A stretch of 64,000 nucleotides of DNA, from the NCBI GenBank assembly GCA_963762145.1, contig CAVXJS010000011.1, forward strand, positions 800,001 through 864,000, in the 5' to 3' direction. Both the position numbers and the translations under genes were made by a program. Below are positions 1 to 10,678 of this stretch, in pieces (the stretch's first letter is position 1; every line of letters begins with the position of its first letter). This DNA comes from an uncultured Candidatus Rokubacteria bacterium (GTDB lineage Bacteria; Methylomirabilota; Methylomirabilia; Rokubacteriales; CSP1-6). The notes beneath the pieces were generated by a model, which had not been told where the DNA came from, made no database searches, and worked only from the letters and a program-made list of their open reading frames with translations.

Positions 1-936
1 GTTCTGTCCGAACGCGAACACGAACGTCAGGAGGTAGACCGCGAGGGGCACCACCCAGAGCAACGGCATCGGAGCCACGTCGGTAGTGAGATAGGTGGTG
101 ACTCCCAGCATGAGGCTCGAGGGTAGAAAGGCGAGAAGGACCCAGCGAGCCGGTCGCGCTGCCGCGCTGCCCGCGCCCGGCACGGGCGAGGCGGCTGCAA
201 CGACGGCGGATCCGCCCGTGGCGGGTGCGCCCACCGCGATCGAGGCGGGGAAGCGCGACAAGATGGCGCCGCATCCGAGAAGAAGCCCGGTCAGCAACAG
301 GTACCCGAGGGCCCAGAGACGGCTCTGATCGGTCAGCCGGAGATTGGGCTCGATGAGCGTGGGATATGCCAGAAGCGCGGCGAGGCTCCCCACGTTGGAG
401 GCCGCATACAGGAAGTACGGGTCGCGAGCCAGCGGATGATCGGTGCCGGTGAACCACTTCTGGACGAGTGGGGCGGTCGTCGAGACGACAAGGAACGGCA
501 AGCCCAGGGCGATCACGAGCAGCATGAAGAGCCAGAGGAAGGGGCTTTGCTGCGCCGGTGGGCTCCAGCCCTCCGGGATGGCGACGGGGAGAACGAACAG
601 GGTAACGAGGAGAAGCCCGAGGTGAAGAACCACTTGGCGGCGCAGGCCCAGGGCTGCCGGCGCCACATGCGCGTAACCGTAGCCGATGAGCAGGACCGCC
701 TGGAAGAAGAGCATGCAGGTGTTCCAGACGGCAGGTGTGCCGCCGAGCATCGGTAGCGCCATCCTGGCGAACATGGGTTGCACGGTGAAGAGAAGGGCGG
801 CGGAGAGGAAGACGGTCAGCGAGAACAACGCGGCAGCGACGGCGTGACGCGATGTGCGGGACGGGTGCTTCAGATCCAGCGTCGTGCCGGGCGCTCCCAC
901 GAGGAGGCCAACCGGATGGGAGGACTGTTCGCTCAT
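1..936 (-). CDS. Fused MFS/spermidine synthase-like membrane protein (partial, runs off window start)
   Basis: Not in the ORF track; translated by hand from ATG 936: ...LFSLTVFLSAALLFTVQPMFARMALPMLGGTPAVWNTCMLFFQAVLLIGYGYAH...PSSLMLGVTTYLTTDVAPMPLLWVVPLAVYLLTFVFAF, typical of this family. ATGA overlap with the upstream stop at 933-935. Confidence 0.85.
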   Translation of the reverse strand, partial: MSEQSSHPVGLLVGAPGTTLDLKHPSRTSRHAVAAALFSLTVFLSAALLFTVQPMFARMALPMLGGTPAVWNTCMLFFQAVLLIGYGYAHVAPAALGLRRQVVLHLGLLLVTLFVLPVAIPEGWSPPAQQSPFLWLFMLLVIALGLPFLVVSTTAPLVQKWFTGTDHPLARDPYFLYAASNVGSLAALLAYPTLIEPNLRLTDQSRLWALGYLLLTGLLLGCGAILSRFPASIAVGAPATGGSAVVAAASPVPGAGSAAARPARWVLLAFLPSSLMLGVTTYLTTDVAPMPLLWVVPLAVYLLTFVFAFGQN

Positions 937-2234
937 CGAGATCTCGGCACCAGGACGCCCTCGCGGGAGCCTGGGCTCACCGGCCGGGTCGAACGCTCGT
1001 CCCGAAGATGTGCCGCCAAGCAGTCGAGCATGGTGGCGCCCCAGAGTGCGGTGATGCTCCAGAAGTAGGCGGAGGCGACCAGCGGGGTCGCCCAGGCATG
1101 CGGCTGAAAGAGAAACGTGGCGAAGTGAGGCCAGACAAGTCCCGGTACGGCCAGGATGAGGAGGCGTCGACGCCACCGGGCGGCCCCGGCGTCCGGACGG
1201 TGTTGGTCGCGAGCCATTTCGCGGATCCAGGCGACGCCCAGTGCGGCCATGGGACCGATCGCCAGCCACAGGTAGTAGATCCACCCGAGGGGAGAGATGA
1301 GGAGCGCGGCGAGGAGGAGAATCACGAACGCGCGATCGACCGCCGAGGTGGTCCGGTCGAAGCTCACGGCGCCGAGACTGAGGACGGCAATGAGCGCCAC
1401 GGCGGGAAGCCAGAGTGGGAGGATGAGCTCCGGCGCCATCGCCAGCGGAGCGTAGTAGGGGTTCTCGCCGAGCGATCGGGTGAGGATGCCCAGGACCGAG
1501 GCGTTGGGGCCGCGCCAGGTCCAGGACACCGAGGCCAGTTGTGACAGCCACGACCAGTAGCTACCTGGCCCGACGATGGCAAGGCCGCCAAGGAACCATG
1601 CGCTGGCGGTCGTGCAGGCTACCGCGGCGACTCCCGGGCGGCGGCGCAGCACGAGATAGGGGATGAAGATGAGCAGAAAGAGCTTCAAGCCCATCGCGAG
1701 CCCTAGATAGATTCCGGCCCGTCTCCAACGGTCCCGTCGCGCCGCGGCCCATGCAAGCGTGAGCGGCAGCATGAGGAGAAAGGCAACCTCCGCGGTCCCC
1801 AGCACCGCTCCCGTGCCGGAGAAGGCCAGCAGCCAGACGCCTCCTCGCCAGCAGCTCCGGACGCTCGGCGTGAGGTTGAGCTCACGGACGATCACGGCCA
1901 TGGAGACGCCGAGGCAGAGCAGGTTTGCGGCGGCCCAGAGGGCGAGGGCGGCGCCCGGAGGCAGGAGAGCCAACGGCAGTACGAGGAGCTGGAAGTGCGG
2001 CGGATTGAGGTTGACCAGAGTGCTGCGTAGGGTCCGGCCGAGGTGGGCCTGCAGCTCCGAAGGCAGATCGTACATATCGCGCCCCTCGAGGTGGGCGCGC
2101 GCGGACAGATACAGGATCCGGAAGTCGCCCATCTCAAGCCGGGTCACCATCGTGTGCGCGATCCATCCGTTCCAGGAGATCAGCGCGAGCAGCACCGCAG
2201 CCGCGCCGATCCGCCGCAGGCCCATCCCGGTCAT
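933..2234 (-). CDS. Glycosyltransferase family 87 (DUF2029, GT-C fold membrane glycosyltransferase)
   Basis: GDFRILY..., NLNPPHF, LAMGLKLF and LISPLGWIYY motifs, many TM helices. Start placed at ATG 2234 (ATGA overlap with upstream stop). Confidence 0.8.
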   Translation of the reverse strand: MTGMGLRRIGAAAVLLALISWNGWIAHTMVTRLEMGDFRILYLSARAHLEGRDMYDLPSELQAHLGRTLRSTLVNLNPPHFQLLVLPLALLPPGAALALWAAANLLCLGVSMAVIVRELNLTPSVRSCWRGGVWLLAFSGTGAVLGTAEVAFLLMLPLTLAWAAARRDRWRRAGIYLGLAMGLKLFLLIFIPYLVLRRRPGVAAVACTTASAWFLGGLAIVGPGSYWSWLSQLASVSWTWRGPNASVLGILTRSLGENPYYAPLAMAPELILPLWLPAVALIAVLSLGAVSFDRTTSAVDRAFVILLLAALLISPLGWIYYLWLAIGPMAALGVAWIREMARDQHRPDAGAARWRRRLLILAVPGLVWPHFATFLFQPHAWATPLVASAYFWSITALWGATMLDCLAAHLRDERSTRPVSPGSREGVLVPRSR

Positions 2235-2966
2235 CGAGACCGGAGGATCAGGACGCGCTTGTCGGGGTCCAGGGTGACCGTGAAGCGGCCCAGGAAGGTG
2301 TTGCCAAGGAGCCCGTCGATGCCGGGTCCGATCGAATGGATGACTGCGTCGACGTTCTCCACCTCGGCGTCCCCGACGCGCACGGAGGCAATCGTGACGC
2401 GCCGGCCGGCGGTGACGCCGCCGACCACCTGCATCGGCACCGTCTCCGCGCCCGCGCCCGGGTGGATCTCCAGGGCGGTGGCCAGCTCCGGCGAGAGAAC
2501 GCACGCGCTGGCCCCCGTGTCCACGACGAAGCGCGCGGTGCGTGAGCCGTTCAGGCGGACATCGGCCATCCAGTTGCCGCGGGCGCGGTGGAGGGTCACG
2601 AGGATCTCTTCGGTCCGCGCGCTCCGAGGTGCCGGCTCCCGCAGGAGGGGGGCCAGGGACCGGATGCCCTCTTGCGCGGTGGCCGCCAGGTCGGAGGCGG
2701 GTTCAGGCGGAGGACGGTCTCGAAAGCCGCCGAGGCCTCGCGCCATCTCGAGAGTCGCATGAGGGCAACGCCCCGGTGATAGTGGAGGAGCGGGTCGTGG
2801 GGCGCCTGCGTCACGGCCTTGCCGAACAGGCGTTCGGCCGTGACGTAGTCTCCTCGCTCGTACGCGGCCGTGCCGGCATCGTTAGGTCGGAGATCGGCGC
2901 CAGCGCGCCGGTGGCGCAGACGAGGCCCAGCAGCGCCCCGCAGGACGGCAGCAGCCGTGTGCTCAT
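2231..2966 (-). CDS. Exported TPR + retropepsin-like (clan AA) aspartyl protease, frameshifted
   Basis: Signal-like N-terminus MSTRLLPSCGALLGLVCATGALA; TPR fragment HYHRGVALMRLSRWREASAAFETVLRLNP; FVVDTGAS and GLLGNTFL motifs. Split over ORFs 2811-3410, 2596-2814 and 2231-2746. Confidence 0.75.
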
Positions 2967-4680
2967 GGCAGGTCTGCCTTGCGCTCGACCCAGCTGATCC
3001 CTTCCGGGACCCGGAACTTGGTCACGGCATCGACGCTCTCGCTTCGTCCCGCTGAACCAGTCCTCCTGGTCCCACAGGATCCCCTGAGGCATGAGGACCT
3101 TCGCCACCACCCTCCGCCCGGCGCCGGGCAGCGAGACCGGCTTGAGGGTCCGGGGGGCCAAGTGGTCTTTGTCCGGGAGGTAGAGAGTCGGTCGCATGTC
3201 CCCGAGGGAAGCCGTACCCCGATAGCGGACGATCAGGGTGTAGACGCCAGGCTTCAGGCCCCTGAGGTAGAACATGGCCGATGGCGCGCCGTTGGTGGTC
3301 TCCTCGACGGCCGGCAGCCTCATGGTCTGGACGGGGCGTCGAGGCGCTCGGATGCGCGCGCCAGGTGGCGCTGACCTCCACGGACGGACTCGTCGGTCCC
3401 TGCCGGCCACGGCATGACCAGGACGCCCGACGTAGGGCGGGCGCCGGCCGTCCGGATGGTCACCGTGCCGCTCCGGCGCACTACGTCTCCGCCAGATGCC
3501 TCCGCCGAAGATGCACCAGCGGGTCGGTCAAGAGGACGGATGAGGCGGAACTTCCCGGCGCTCGCGGTGACCGGGATGCGGCGGTCGTTGGCGACGATCC
3601 AGACCGTGGTCAGGCTCTGGTCGTCGACCTGTCCCTCGACGACCGCGACAGGCGGATCGTCCGGGCCAAGGCTGAGCCCGTCGGGCGGGCTCGTGAGCGC
3701 GATGCCACTCGATGAAGGGCGTGCGACGTACTGGACCGTGATCGTGTCCTCGGCCTCCAGCCCGCCCTGGCCGTCACGACCGCACGAGCTCGTTCGCCCC
3801 GGCCGAAGCAGGGCGGCGGTCTCGAAGGTCCGACCGGGTCAGTGGTCACCTCGGCCGGGACCCCGTTGACGTAGACCATGAGCCGCTCGGGCAGGCCTCC
3901 CAGGATCGGCCAGACACCGTCTGGGCGGGATCATCGGCGACCCATGACCTCGGGCCATCCAGTCGTACGAGGGCGCGCTCCCGGTTGAGCCCGAAGGCGG
4001 ATCGAGGTTGGGCTGGCGCCGGCGCGGGAGCGACCGCGACCGGAACGGAAGGCTTCTTGGCAGCCGCACTTTCCCGGAGCTCGACGGCCGTCTGGGGCAG
4101 GTCCGGGACCGAGGTGAGTGTTTTGGCCGGCTGGGCGGTGGGCGGGCTCGCCATGGCCTTGGGAGGAGGCTCCGGCCAGCCCGCGTCGAGCCGCATATCG
4201 ATGCCGAGGTCCGGGGGAGCGGTCACACCAGGCCCGTTCGCGGAAGCCGACACCGCCGACTCGAGCGCCGGCCGTTGCGGGGCGGATCCCGGCGCCTCGA
4301 CGGGTGGCACCGAAGACTGGGCGGCCGGCATTGCCACCAGCTCGCTCCTCGATGCGCCGCGCGCCGGGCCGGCCGACGGCGCGCTCGTCTTCGTGGAGTG
4401 CGCCGCCGCCGCGCGCTCGCCGGCGGCGATCGCCGCGGGGACGAGTGCGGGAGGATCAGGACGGAGTCATCGCGGCCAGATCCATGAGGACCGTGGGGAC
4501 GTCCTCGCCGCCCGGTCTCTCGGGGAGGGCATTCGTGAGGCGGACCAAGCTCATGATGAGCGCGACATGTAGGATCAGGGACGCCAGGAAGGCCAGACCG
4601 ACCATCTCGTCGGGAAGGCGCCGGAGCCCGTGGGCCCGGTTGAACGGCGAATACCGCCGGGAGCGACCGAGCCCCATCAC
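2963..4680 (-). CDS. Membrane-anchored protein: TonB/TolA-like TM anchor, Pro/Ala-rich linker, Ig-like (glucodextranase-B-like) domains; multiple frameshifts
   Basis: LAFLASLILHVALIMSL (S-x3-H anchor); Pro-rich stretch; beta-rich VYVNGVPAEV...TFET..LRPG.NEL and TITVQYV; ends KFRVPEGISWVERKADLP-stop overlapping the next ATG. Confidence 0.5.
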
Positions 4681-4688
4681 TGGGATCG

Positions 4689-5519
4689 CTACTCGCGGGC
4701 CGGTCTGATCTGGAGCGCTTCGACCGGCCTCAGGACTTCGACGGATCTCAAGGATCCCGCCACGATGTCGTCCGCGCGTCCCTCCTGAGGCTCGACCGCA
4801 GACAGGGGCGCAGGCGGGCGGACATCACGGCGCACGGTGGACTGGCCGAGGGCGGAGGAAGAGGAAGGGGTCGGCTTCGGGGGCGAGATAGCGGCCGCTG
4901 GCACGGTCGCGACGCCGGCGGAAGTCGGGACGACGAAGATAGGGGTCGAGGTCACGGTCGCCACCGGGTGGGACTCGGGCCTTGGCGGCGCGGGTGAAGC
5001 GTCGCGTGCCTGCTCGATCCGCGTGCCAAGTCGCTCGATCTCCCGGTGCAGACGGCGGAGGTCCTCGCTCCCCGCGTCCGGCCCGGGCGCGGCCCTCTCG
5101 CGCGCGCTCGCGCCCGTGAATCGCGCGAGCGAGGCCGCGATCTGGTTGAGGAACTCCTCGCTGGTCTGCTTGTCGGCGAACAACCCTCCCGCCTCGACCC
5201 GGACGGATACCTTGGTCATGCTGGTGGTGACACGCTCGAGCGTCCCGTGGACCGTCACCGCTTCCCCGGTGCCGCTGAGGCGCCATTTGGCTCCTGCCTT
5301 CTCCGTTTGATCGAGGCGGACCGCCATCCGGGCCAGGCATCCGATGTGGCGCCCCACGTGGTCTCGAGGTCCGCCGGCAGGGTGCGGTCAACGCTCCGGT
5401 CCACGATGGCCGTGACGGAGCTGGCCAGGGGGCCCATGAGGGCCAGCCCGGCCGTCGCGCACCCTCCGGCCGTCAACCCGCCGAGCCATGAGCACGAGAA
5501 GCGAGAGCAGTGAGCGCAC
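4689..5519 (-). CDS. DUF3568-like lipoprotein with low-complexity C-tail, frameshifted
   Basis: Hydrophobic signal then LTAGGC lipobox; RTLPADLETTWGATSDA / LARMAV...TKVSVRVEAGGLFADKQTSEEFLNQIAASL resembles DUF3568. Start approximate. Confidence 0.55.
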
Positions 5520-5531
5520 GATGCGTCGCCT

Positions 5532-6738
5532 TTACCTCACCAGCTTGAGCTTCGCGGTCGCGGTGATGGGTCCCGGGGTGGGAGCCGGAGGCGCCGGATT
5601 GTACTGGCAATCGTAGTACCCAAAGATCCCCTTCTGACCGGCCCAGCCCGGCGGGAGCGACGTGGCGGTGCCATTCTTGCTTGCGAAGCAGTGGGCATCC
5701 CACGGATTGCCGGCCCAGTGATTGGCCACTGCGCAGTTCCCGTTGCTGTTGAGGATCTGGGTGATGACGAAGCGCGTCCACCCCACGATCTGCAGGCTCC
5801 CGTTGACGGCCCCCGGTGGGCAGCTCCCGCCGGTGTCGATCACCGGCACGTGAACCTCCCAGCCGTGCCCGCTGTAGGCCGTCGATCCGTCCTGATTGAG
5901 CACGGTGATGTCCGGAGGAGAGCTGCTGTAGATCTGCGGGAACTCGGTCATCAGATAGTTGATGATGCTGTTCATCTCGCCGTTGCTCGCCGGGACCGAG
6001 TCCCCCTGGTTGAGTGCGGTCCCGTTGCACGACTCCGTTGACCGCAGCCTCCACCTGCGACGTGGCGGCCGAGATTGTTGATGTTCGTCGCGCCGGGATC
6101 CAGGTTCACCCACGCGGCCGAGTTCGCGCCAACCGCGGACGAGTCACTGCTGCTGATGAAGCTGACGGTGGCGCCGCAGCCCAGCGAGGTCGGGCCTCCG
6201 AAGAAGCACGAGCTGAGCGCCTACCGGGAAAACGCAGGCGTTCGGCGGGGTCGTGGCCGGCTGGGCGGCCCAGGCGATGGCCATGGCTCCGCTGTTGAGG
6301 CTGTTGACGCCGATCAGCCGGAGGAAGGACGTCGGCACCGCCGTCGCGAACCGGCACTGGACCGCGTTGACCTTCGTGCCGTCGAGCGACGGCGCGAAGG
6401 TGCTGCCGTTCCAGATCCCGAGGACGATGTTCCCGCCGGGCGCATTGGCGGTGTTCAGATTGAGATTCACGGTGCCGGTCCGGTACGGATTCAGCAACGC
6501 ATAGTCGCGGGCCCATTGACGCGCGGCCGGGAAGAAGGTATCGTTGAAGCCGAGCTTGCCGGCGCCGGCGAGTGCGGCCGCGTCCATCGTGACGCTGCAG
6601 CTCGTCGTCCACCGCGCCGTAGTAGGCCAGGTCCATGGCGAGGCCGCCGATGATGATCATAAGCGGCACGACGAGGATCGTGGTGAAGAGCAGGATGCTC
6701 CCGCGTTGGTCTCTTGCCCAGCGACGCATCTTGTCCAT
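5532..6738 (-). CDS. TadG-like minor pilin/tip protein with Cys-containing C-terminal domain, frameshifted
   Basis: DQRG|SILLFTTILVVPLMIIIGGLAMDLAY...ELQ..DAAALAGA (Tad N-terminal motif); continues in ORFs 6144-6587 and 5532-6113, ending KLVR. Confidence 0.75.
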
Positions 6739-6758
6739 GGCGGCTCCCTTGTGTGCCG

Positions 6759-7380
6759 TTACCGGGTGAAGCTGGAGGACTTCGATGTCCTGCCAGGGGA
6801 TATCCGACGCGCCCGTCCACAGAGGCGCCGCGGATGATGGCCGAGCCCAGATTGACGTAGTCGGCGGCGATGCGACCGCCGTCGGCCAGGGCGATGTCGG
6901 CCCCGTAGCGGACGTGGGTCGCCGCCACGTAGGGAGGCAGGGAGCTGTCAAGCACCGGCTGGCGCTTGAACGTGATGCTGGAGATGCTGCCGAGCGGGAT
7001 CTGGGTGGCCACGCCGCCGCGATAGGCCGTGATCTCCTGGGCCTGGCGGTGCCCCTGGATGGTGTCCGGGCTGTCCTTGCCGAAGAACCGGTTCAGCGTC
7101 GCCACCGAGGGGTCGGCCGACTCGCGGCTGAGACCTCCTCCCAGCGTCAAGCTGGTGAAGTTGGTGGCTTGCCCGCCTCACTCCCGGTCTCGCCGCCCCC
7201 CTCCCGCGGCCTGGAGACGATCGAGTAGAAGACCTCGAGAGAGGGCTGCGAGAGGCGCCAGGACTGGCCAGCCCAGGTCTTCACGTCGGCGGTCGTCTCC
7301 TGCGCGGATGCCGGCAGCGAGAAGGTGGCGATGGCGATCCAGAGGAGCGCCAGGGTCGTGATCAGCGCGCGTCGGTTCAT
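6759..7380 (-). CDS. Secreted hypothetical protein, frameshifted
   Basis: Signal peptide MNRRALITTLALLWIAIATFSLPASA; continues in ORF 6491-7150; probable stop TAA at 6759-6761. Confidence 0.5.
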
Positions 7381-7396
7381 GTGTCGGTCTCCATTG

Positions 7397-8344
7397 TCAG
7401 TTTTTACCGAGGGTCTTGAGCAGCTTCAGGAGCCCCAGCAGTGAGGGCGCCATCGTGACGAGGAAGAAGGAGGGCATGAGGAAGAACACGGTCGGGAGCA
7501 GCATCTTGAGCGGGGCGAGGTGCGCCCGCTCTTCGGCGCGGTGCCGGCGCTGCACGCGCGCGGAATCGGCGTGGACCCGTAGGGTCTTGCCGAGCGGCGT
7601 CCCGAGCTTCTCGGTCTGGACGAAGGCGGTGACCATCGCCTTGATCTCGTCGGTCCCGGTTCGCTGCCCGAACGCCCGGAGGGCCTCGGTGCGGGGGCGG
7701 CCCGCCCTGATCTCGAGGTGCATCCGGAGCATCTCCTGGTGCAGCGGGTTGTGGCGGCCTTCGGGCTGCTCCGCCACCCGGGCCACTGCCGCGTCGAGGC
7801 CCATCCCGGCCTCGACGCAGACCATCAGCATATCGAGCACGTCCGGCAGCGTATGGACGATCTCCCGCTTGCGGGCCTTGATCCGGTTGTGGACCCAGAA
7901 GTCGGGGAGGAAGAACCCGATGACGGCCAGGATCACGGAGATCGCCATCAGGCGCTGGCTGGGGACGACTCTGAGGAGGAGTGCCGTGTAGAGGAAGTAT
8001 CCGACGCCGGCCAGGGCCGCGAGCCCCACCTTGGCGCCGACGAACAGGAGCACGGCCCGCGGCTCGTGGTAGCCCGCCCAGATCAGGCGCTGCCGGTACT
8101 TCGTCGGCGCGGTCTCCGGCGAGCCCGCCACCGCGCGGCCGATGCGCTCGGCGGTGCGCTCCCAGGCCGCGGCCGGCTCGCCCGTCCAGCGCAAGATCGA
8201 GGTCGGCCCGCTGCTCGGGGCCGAACCGGTCCTGAGCCGCTCGCGCTGCACGGCCGGCCACCACCGGAGCAGCATCATTCCGGCCAGGAACGTGATCCCG
8301 GCCACCATGAGGAACGAGAGGATGACGACGGTGATGGGGTTCAT
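7397..8344 (-). CDS. tadC: Tad pilus inner-membrane platform protein TadC (T2SS F family)
   Basis: LPDVLDMLMVCVEAGMGLDAA...QTEKLGTPLGKTLRVHAD...AEERA..APLKML. Confidence 0.92.
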   Translation of the reverse strand: MNPITVVILSFLMVAGITFLAGMMLLRWWPAVQRERLRTGSAPSSGPTSILRWTGEPAAAWERTAERIGRAVAGSPETAPTKYRQRLIWAGYHEPRAVLLFVGAKVGLAALAGVGYFLYTALLLRVVPSQRLMAISVILAVIGFFLPDFWVHNRIKARKREIVHTLPDVLDMLMVCVEAGMGLDAAVARVAEQPEGRHNPLHQEMLRMHLEIRAGRPRTEALRAFGQRTGTDEIKAMVTAFVQTEKLGTPLGKTLRVHADSARVQRRHRAEERAHLAPLKMLLPTVFFLMPSFFLVTMAPSLLGLLKLLKTLGKN

Positions 8345-8351
8345 GGGCGCC

Positions 8352-9296
8352 TCATACCTTGATCTGGGCGATCCGCCAGACCATGAAGAATCCGATCGCC
8401 TCGAGGACCAGCCCGGCGCCCACGAGCAAGGGGCCGATCGGATCGGTCGTCAGCGCGGTGAAATAACCCGGGTGCATGAGCTCGAAAAGGATCGCGAAGA
8501 GCGCGGGACTCAGCCCGACGCAGACTGCCGACCAGCGGTGCTGGGACGAGAGCACGCGCGCATAGCTCAGGATCTTGAATCGCTCGCGGATCACCTCGGC
8601 GAGCCGCTCGAGCACCTCGGCCAGATTGCCCCCGACCCCGCGCTGGATCCGAATGGCGGTGCAGAAGAAACCGATGTCCTCCACCGGGACGCGCGTCTGG
8701 AGCCGGAAGAGAGCCTCGCCCGGATCCATCCCGAGGCGGATCTCCTCGTCCACGCGGCGGAACTCCGCTCCGACCGGATCGGGCATGTCCTCGCCGACGA
8801 CCCGGATGGCACCCGACAGGGCGTTGCCCGCCCGGATCGCTCGCGTGATCGTGTCGAGAGCATCCGGGAACTGGTTCTGGAACGCGTTGAGGCGCCGCCG
8901 CCGTAGGTACATCAGGTACACGATCGGAAGGGAGCCGAAGGTGAAACCTGCGATGAGCCCCCAGAACAACGCCCCGGTCCGGAGCCAGCCACCGGCCCCC
9001 CCGATGACCACGAAGGCCGCGATGATCAGCACGACATCGCCGGTCGTTCCCTTGTAGGCCGATTGCGTGACGAGGGCAGCCAGCCGCTTCATCAGACCGG
9101 TGCCGCCCAGCATGTCGCCGAGGGCCCCGTCGATGCGCTCGACGTCGGACCGGAGGATTCCCGTCGGGCCGTCCGCGGGGCCGGGCCGCTTGAGGCGGGC
9201 CCTCACGGCCCGCTCGGCCTGCGCGACCCACCACAGGCCGACGACCAGGACGACGATGGCGAGGAAGATGAGGCCCGCGATCGTCAGGGCCATCAT
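8352..9296 (-). CDS. tadB: Tad pilus inner-membrane platform protein TadB
   Basis: [19 protein letters not shown]...[23 protein letters not shown]. Confidence 0.92.
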   Translation of the reverse strand: MMALTIAGLIFLAIVVLVVGLWWVAQAERAVRARLKRPGPADGPTGILRSDVERIDGALGDMLGGTGLMKRLAALVTQSAYKGTTGDVVLIIAAFVVIGGAGGWLRTGALFWGLIAGFTFGSLPIVYLMYLRRRRLNAFQNQFPDALDTITRAIRAGNALSGAIRVVGEDMPDPVGAEFRRVDEEIRLGMDPGEALFRLQTRVPVEDIGFFCTAIRIQRGVGGNLAEVLERLAEVIRERFKILSYARVLSSQHRWSAVCVGLSPALFAILFELMHPGYFTALTTDPIGPLLVGAGLVLEAIGFFMVWRIAQIKV

Positions 9297-10678
9297 CGCG
9301 CCGCCTCCCGGCGGCCCGGGTCGAAGACCTCCGGTCCGAGGTGGATGCCGGCCCGCTCGAGCCGCTCTGAGAACTTCGGGCGGATGCCGGTCGCCCGGAA
9401 GAAGCCGTGCACTCGCCCGTCCGCGTCGATGCCCTGCTGTTCGAACACGAAGATGTCCTGCGTCGTGACCACGTCCTCCTCCATGCCGACCACCTCCGTC
9501 ACCCGCGTCACCTTGCGGGTGCCGTCCGAGAGCCGGGCCAGGTGGACAATCAGGTCGAGCGCGGACGCGATGTAGTCGCGCATGGCCCGCACCGGAAGGG
9601 ATATCCCGGACATGAGGACCATGGTCTCGAGCCGGGAGAGCGCGTCACGGGGGGAGTTGGCATGAACGGTCGAAAGCGAGCCGTCGTGGCCGGTATTCAT
9701 GGCCTGGAGCATGTCCAGGACCTCGGGACCGCGCACCTCGCCGACCACGATGCGGTCGGGCCTCATCCGGAGAGCGTTCCGCAAGAGATCGCGCTGGGTC
9801 ACCGCGCCCTGGCCCTCGATGTTGGGCGGCCGCGTCTCGACCCGGACCACGTGCTCCTGCTGGAGCTGCAGCTCGGCCGAGTCTTCGATGGTCACGATGC
9901 GCTCGGTATTCGGGATCGCGTTCGAGAGCACGTTCAGTATCGTGGTCTTGCCGGCACCGGTGCCGCCCGACACGAGGATGTTGAGCCGGGCCTGCACGGC
10001 GGCCCGGAGGATCTCGGCCAGACCGGAGGGGAGCGTCCCGAACTCGACCATGTCACTCATCCGGTAGGGATCGGCCGCGAAGCGCCGGATGGACAGCACA
10101 GGGCCATCGAGGGCCAGGGGCGGGATCACCGCGTTCACGCGCGATCCGTCGGGCAGACGGGCGTCGACCATCGGGGAGGATTCGTCCACGCGCCGGCCGA
10201 CTGCGGAGACGATGCGCTCGATCACCTGCAAGAGATGGGCATCGTCCCGGAAGATCACCCGCGTGCGCTCGAGCTTGCCACGGCGCTCGATGTAGACCTC
10301 CTTGGATCCGTTGACGAGAATGTCCGAGACGGTCGGGTCCTGCATCAGGGGCTCGAGCGGACCCAGCCCGAATGTCTCGTGCTCGACCTCGAGGGCCAGC
10401 TGCTCGCGCTCCTGCCGGCTGAGAGGCGTGTCGTCGCCCGCGAGCATGTCCTCAACGATGCGGCGGATCTGCTGCTGGACCGCCTCGAGCGGGAGGATGT
10501 CCAGCTTGGCGAGATCGAGGCGCTCGATGAGCTGGCGGTGGATCCGGGTCTTGAGATCGTAGTAGGCGTCCCGGCCGCGGCTAGGGGTGTCGAGGGCACT
10601 GTGACCGTTGCTCGCGGCGGGGGAAACCGGGACCGGCTCCTCCTGGCGCGCCACCGTCCTCCGTTGGAAGAGTCCCAT
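9293..10678 (-). CDS. cpaF: Tad pilus assembly ATPase CpaF/TadA
   Basis: Walker [11 protein letters not shown]; [10 protein letters not shown]; [14 protein letters not shown]; AMNTGHDGS. Confidence 0.96.
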   Translation of the reverse strand: MGLFQRRTVARQEEPVPVSPAASNGHSALDTPSRGRDAYYDLKTRIHRQLIERLDLAKLDILPLEAVQQQIRRIVEDMLAGDDTPLSRQEREQLALEVEHETFGLGPLEPLMQDPTVSDILVNGSKEVYIERRGKLERTRVIFRDDAHLLQVIERIVSAVGRRVDESSPMVDARLPDGSRVNAVIPPLALDGPVLSIRRFAADPYRMSDMVEFGTLPSGLAEILRAAVQARLNILVSGGTGAGKTTILNVLSNAIPNTERIVTIEDSAELQLQQEHVVRVETRPPNIEGQGAVTQRDLLRNALRMRPDRIVVGEVRGPEVLDMLQAMNTGHDGSLSTVHANSPRDALSRLETMVLMSGISLPVRAMRDYIASALDLIVHLARLSDGTRKVTRVTEVVGMEEDVVTTQDIFVFEQQGIDADGRVHGFFRATGIRPKFSERLERAGIHLGPEVFDPGRREAAR

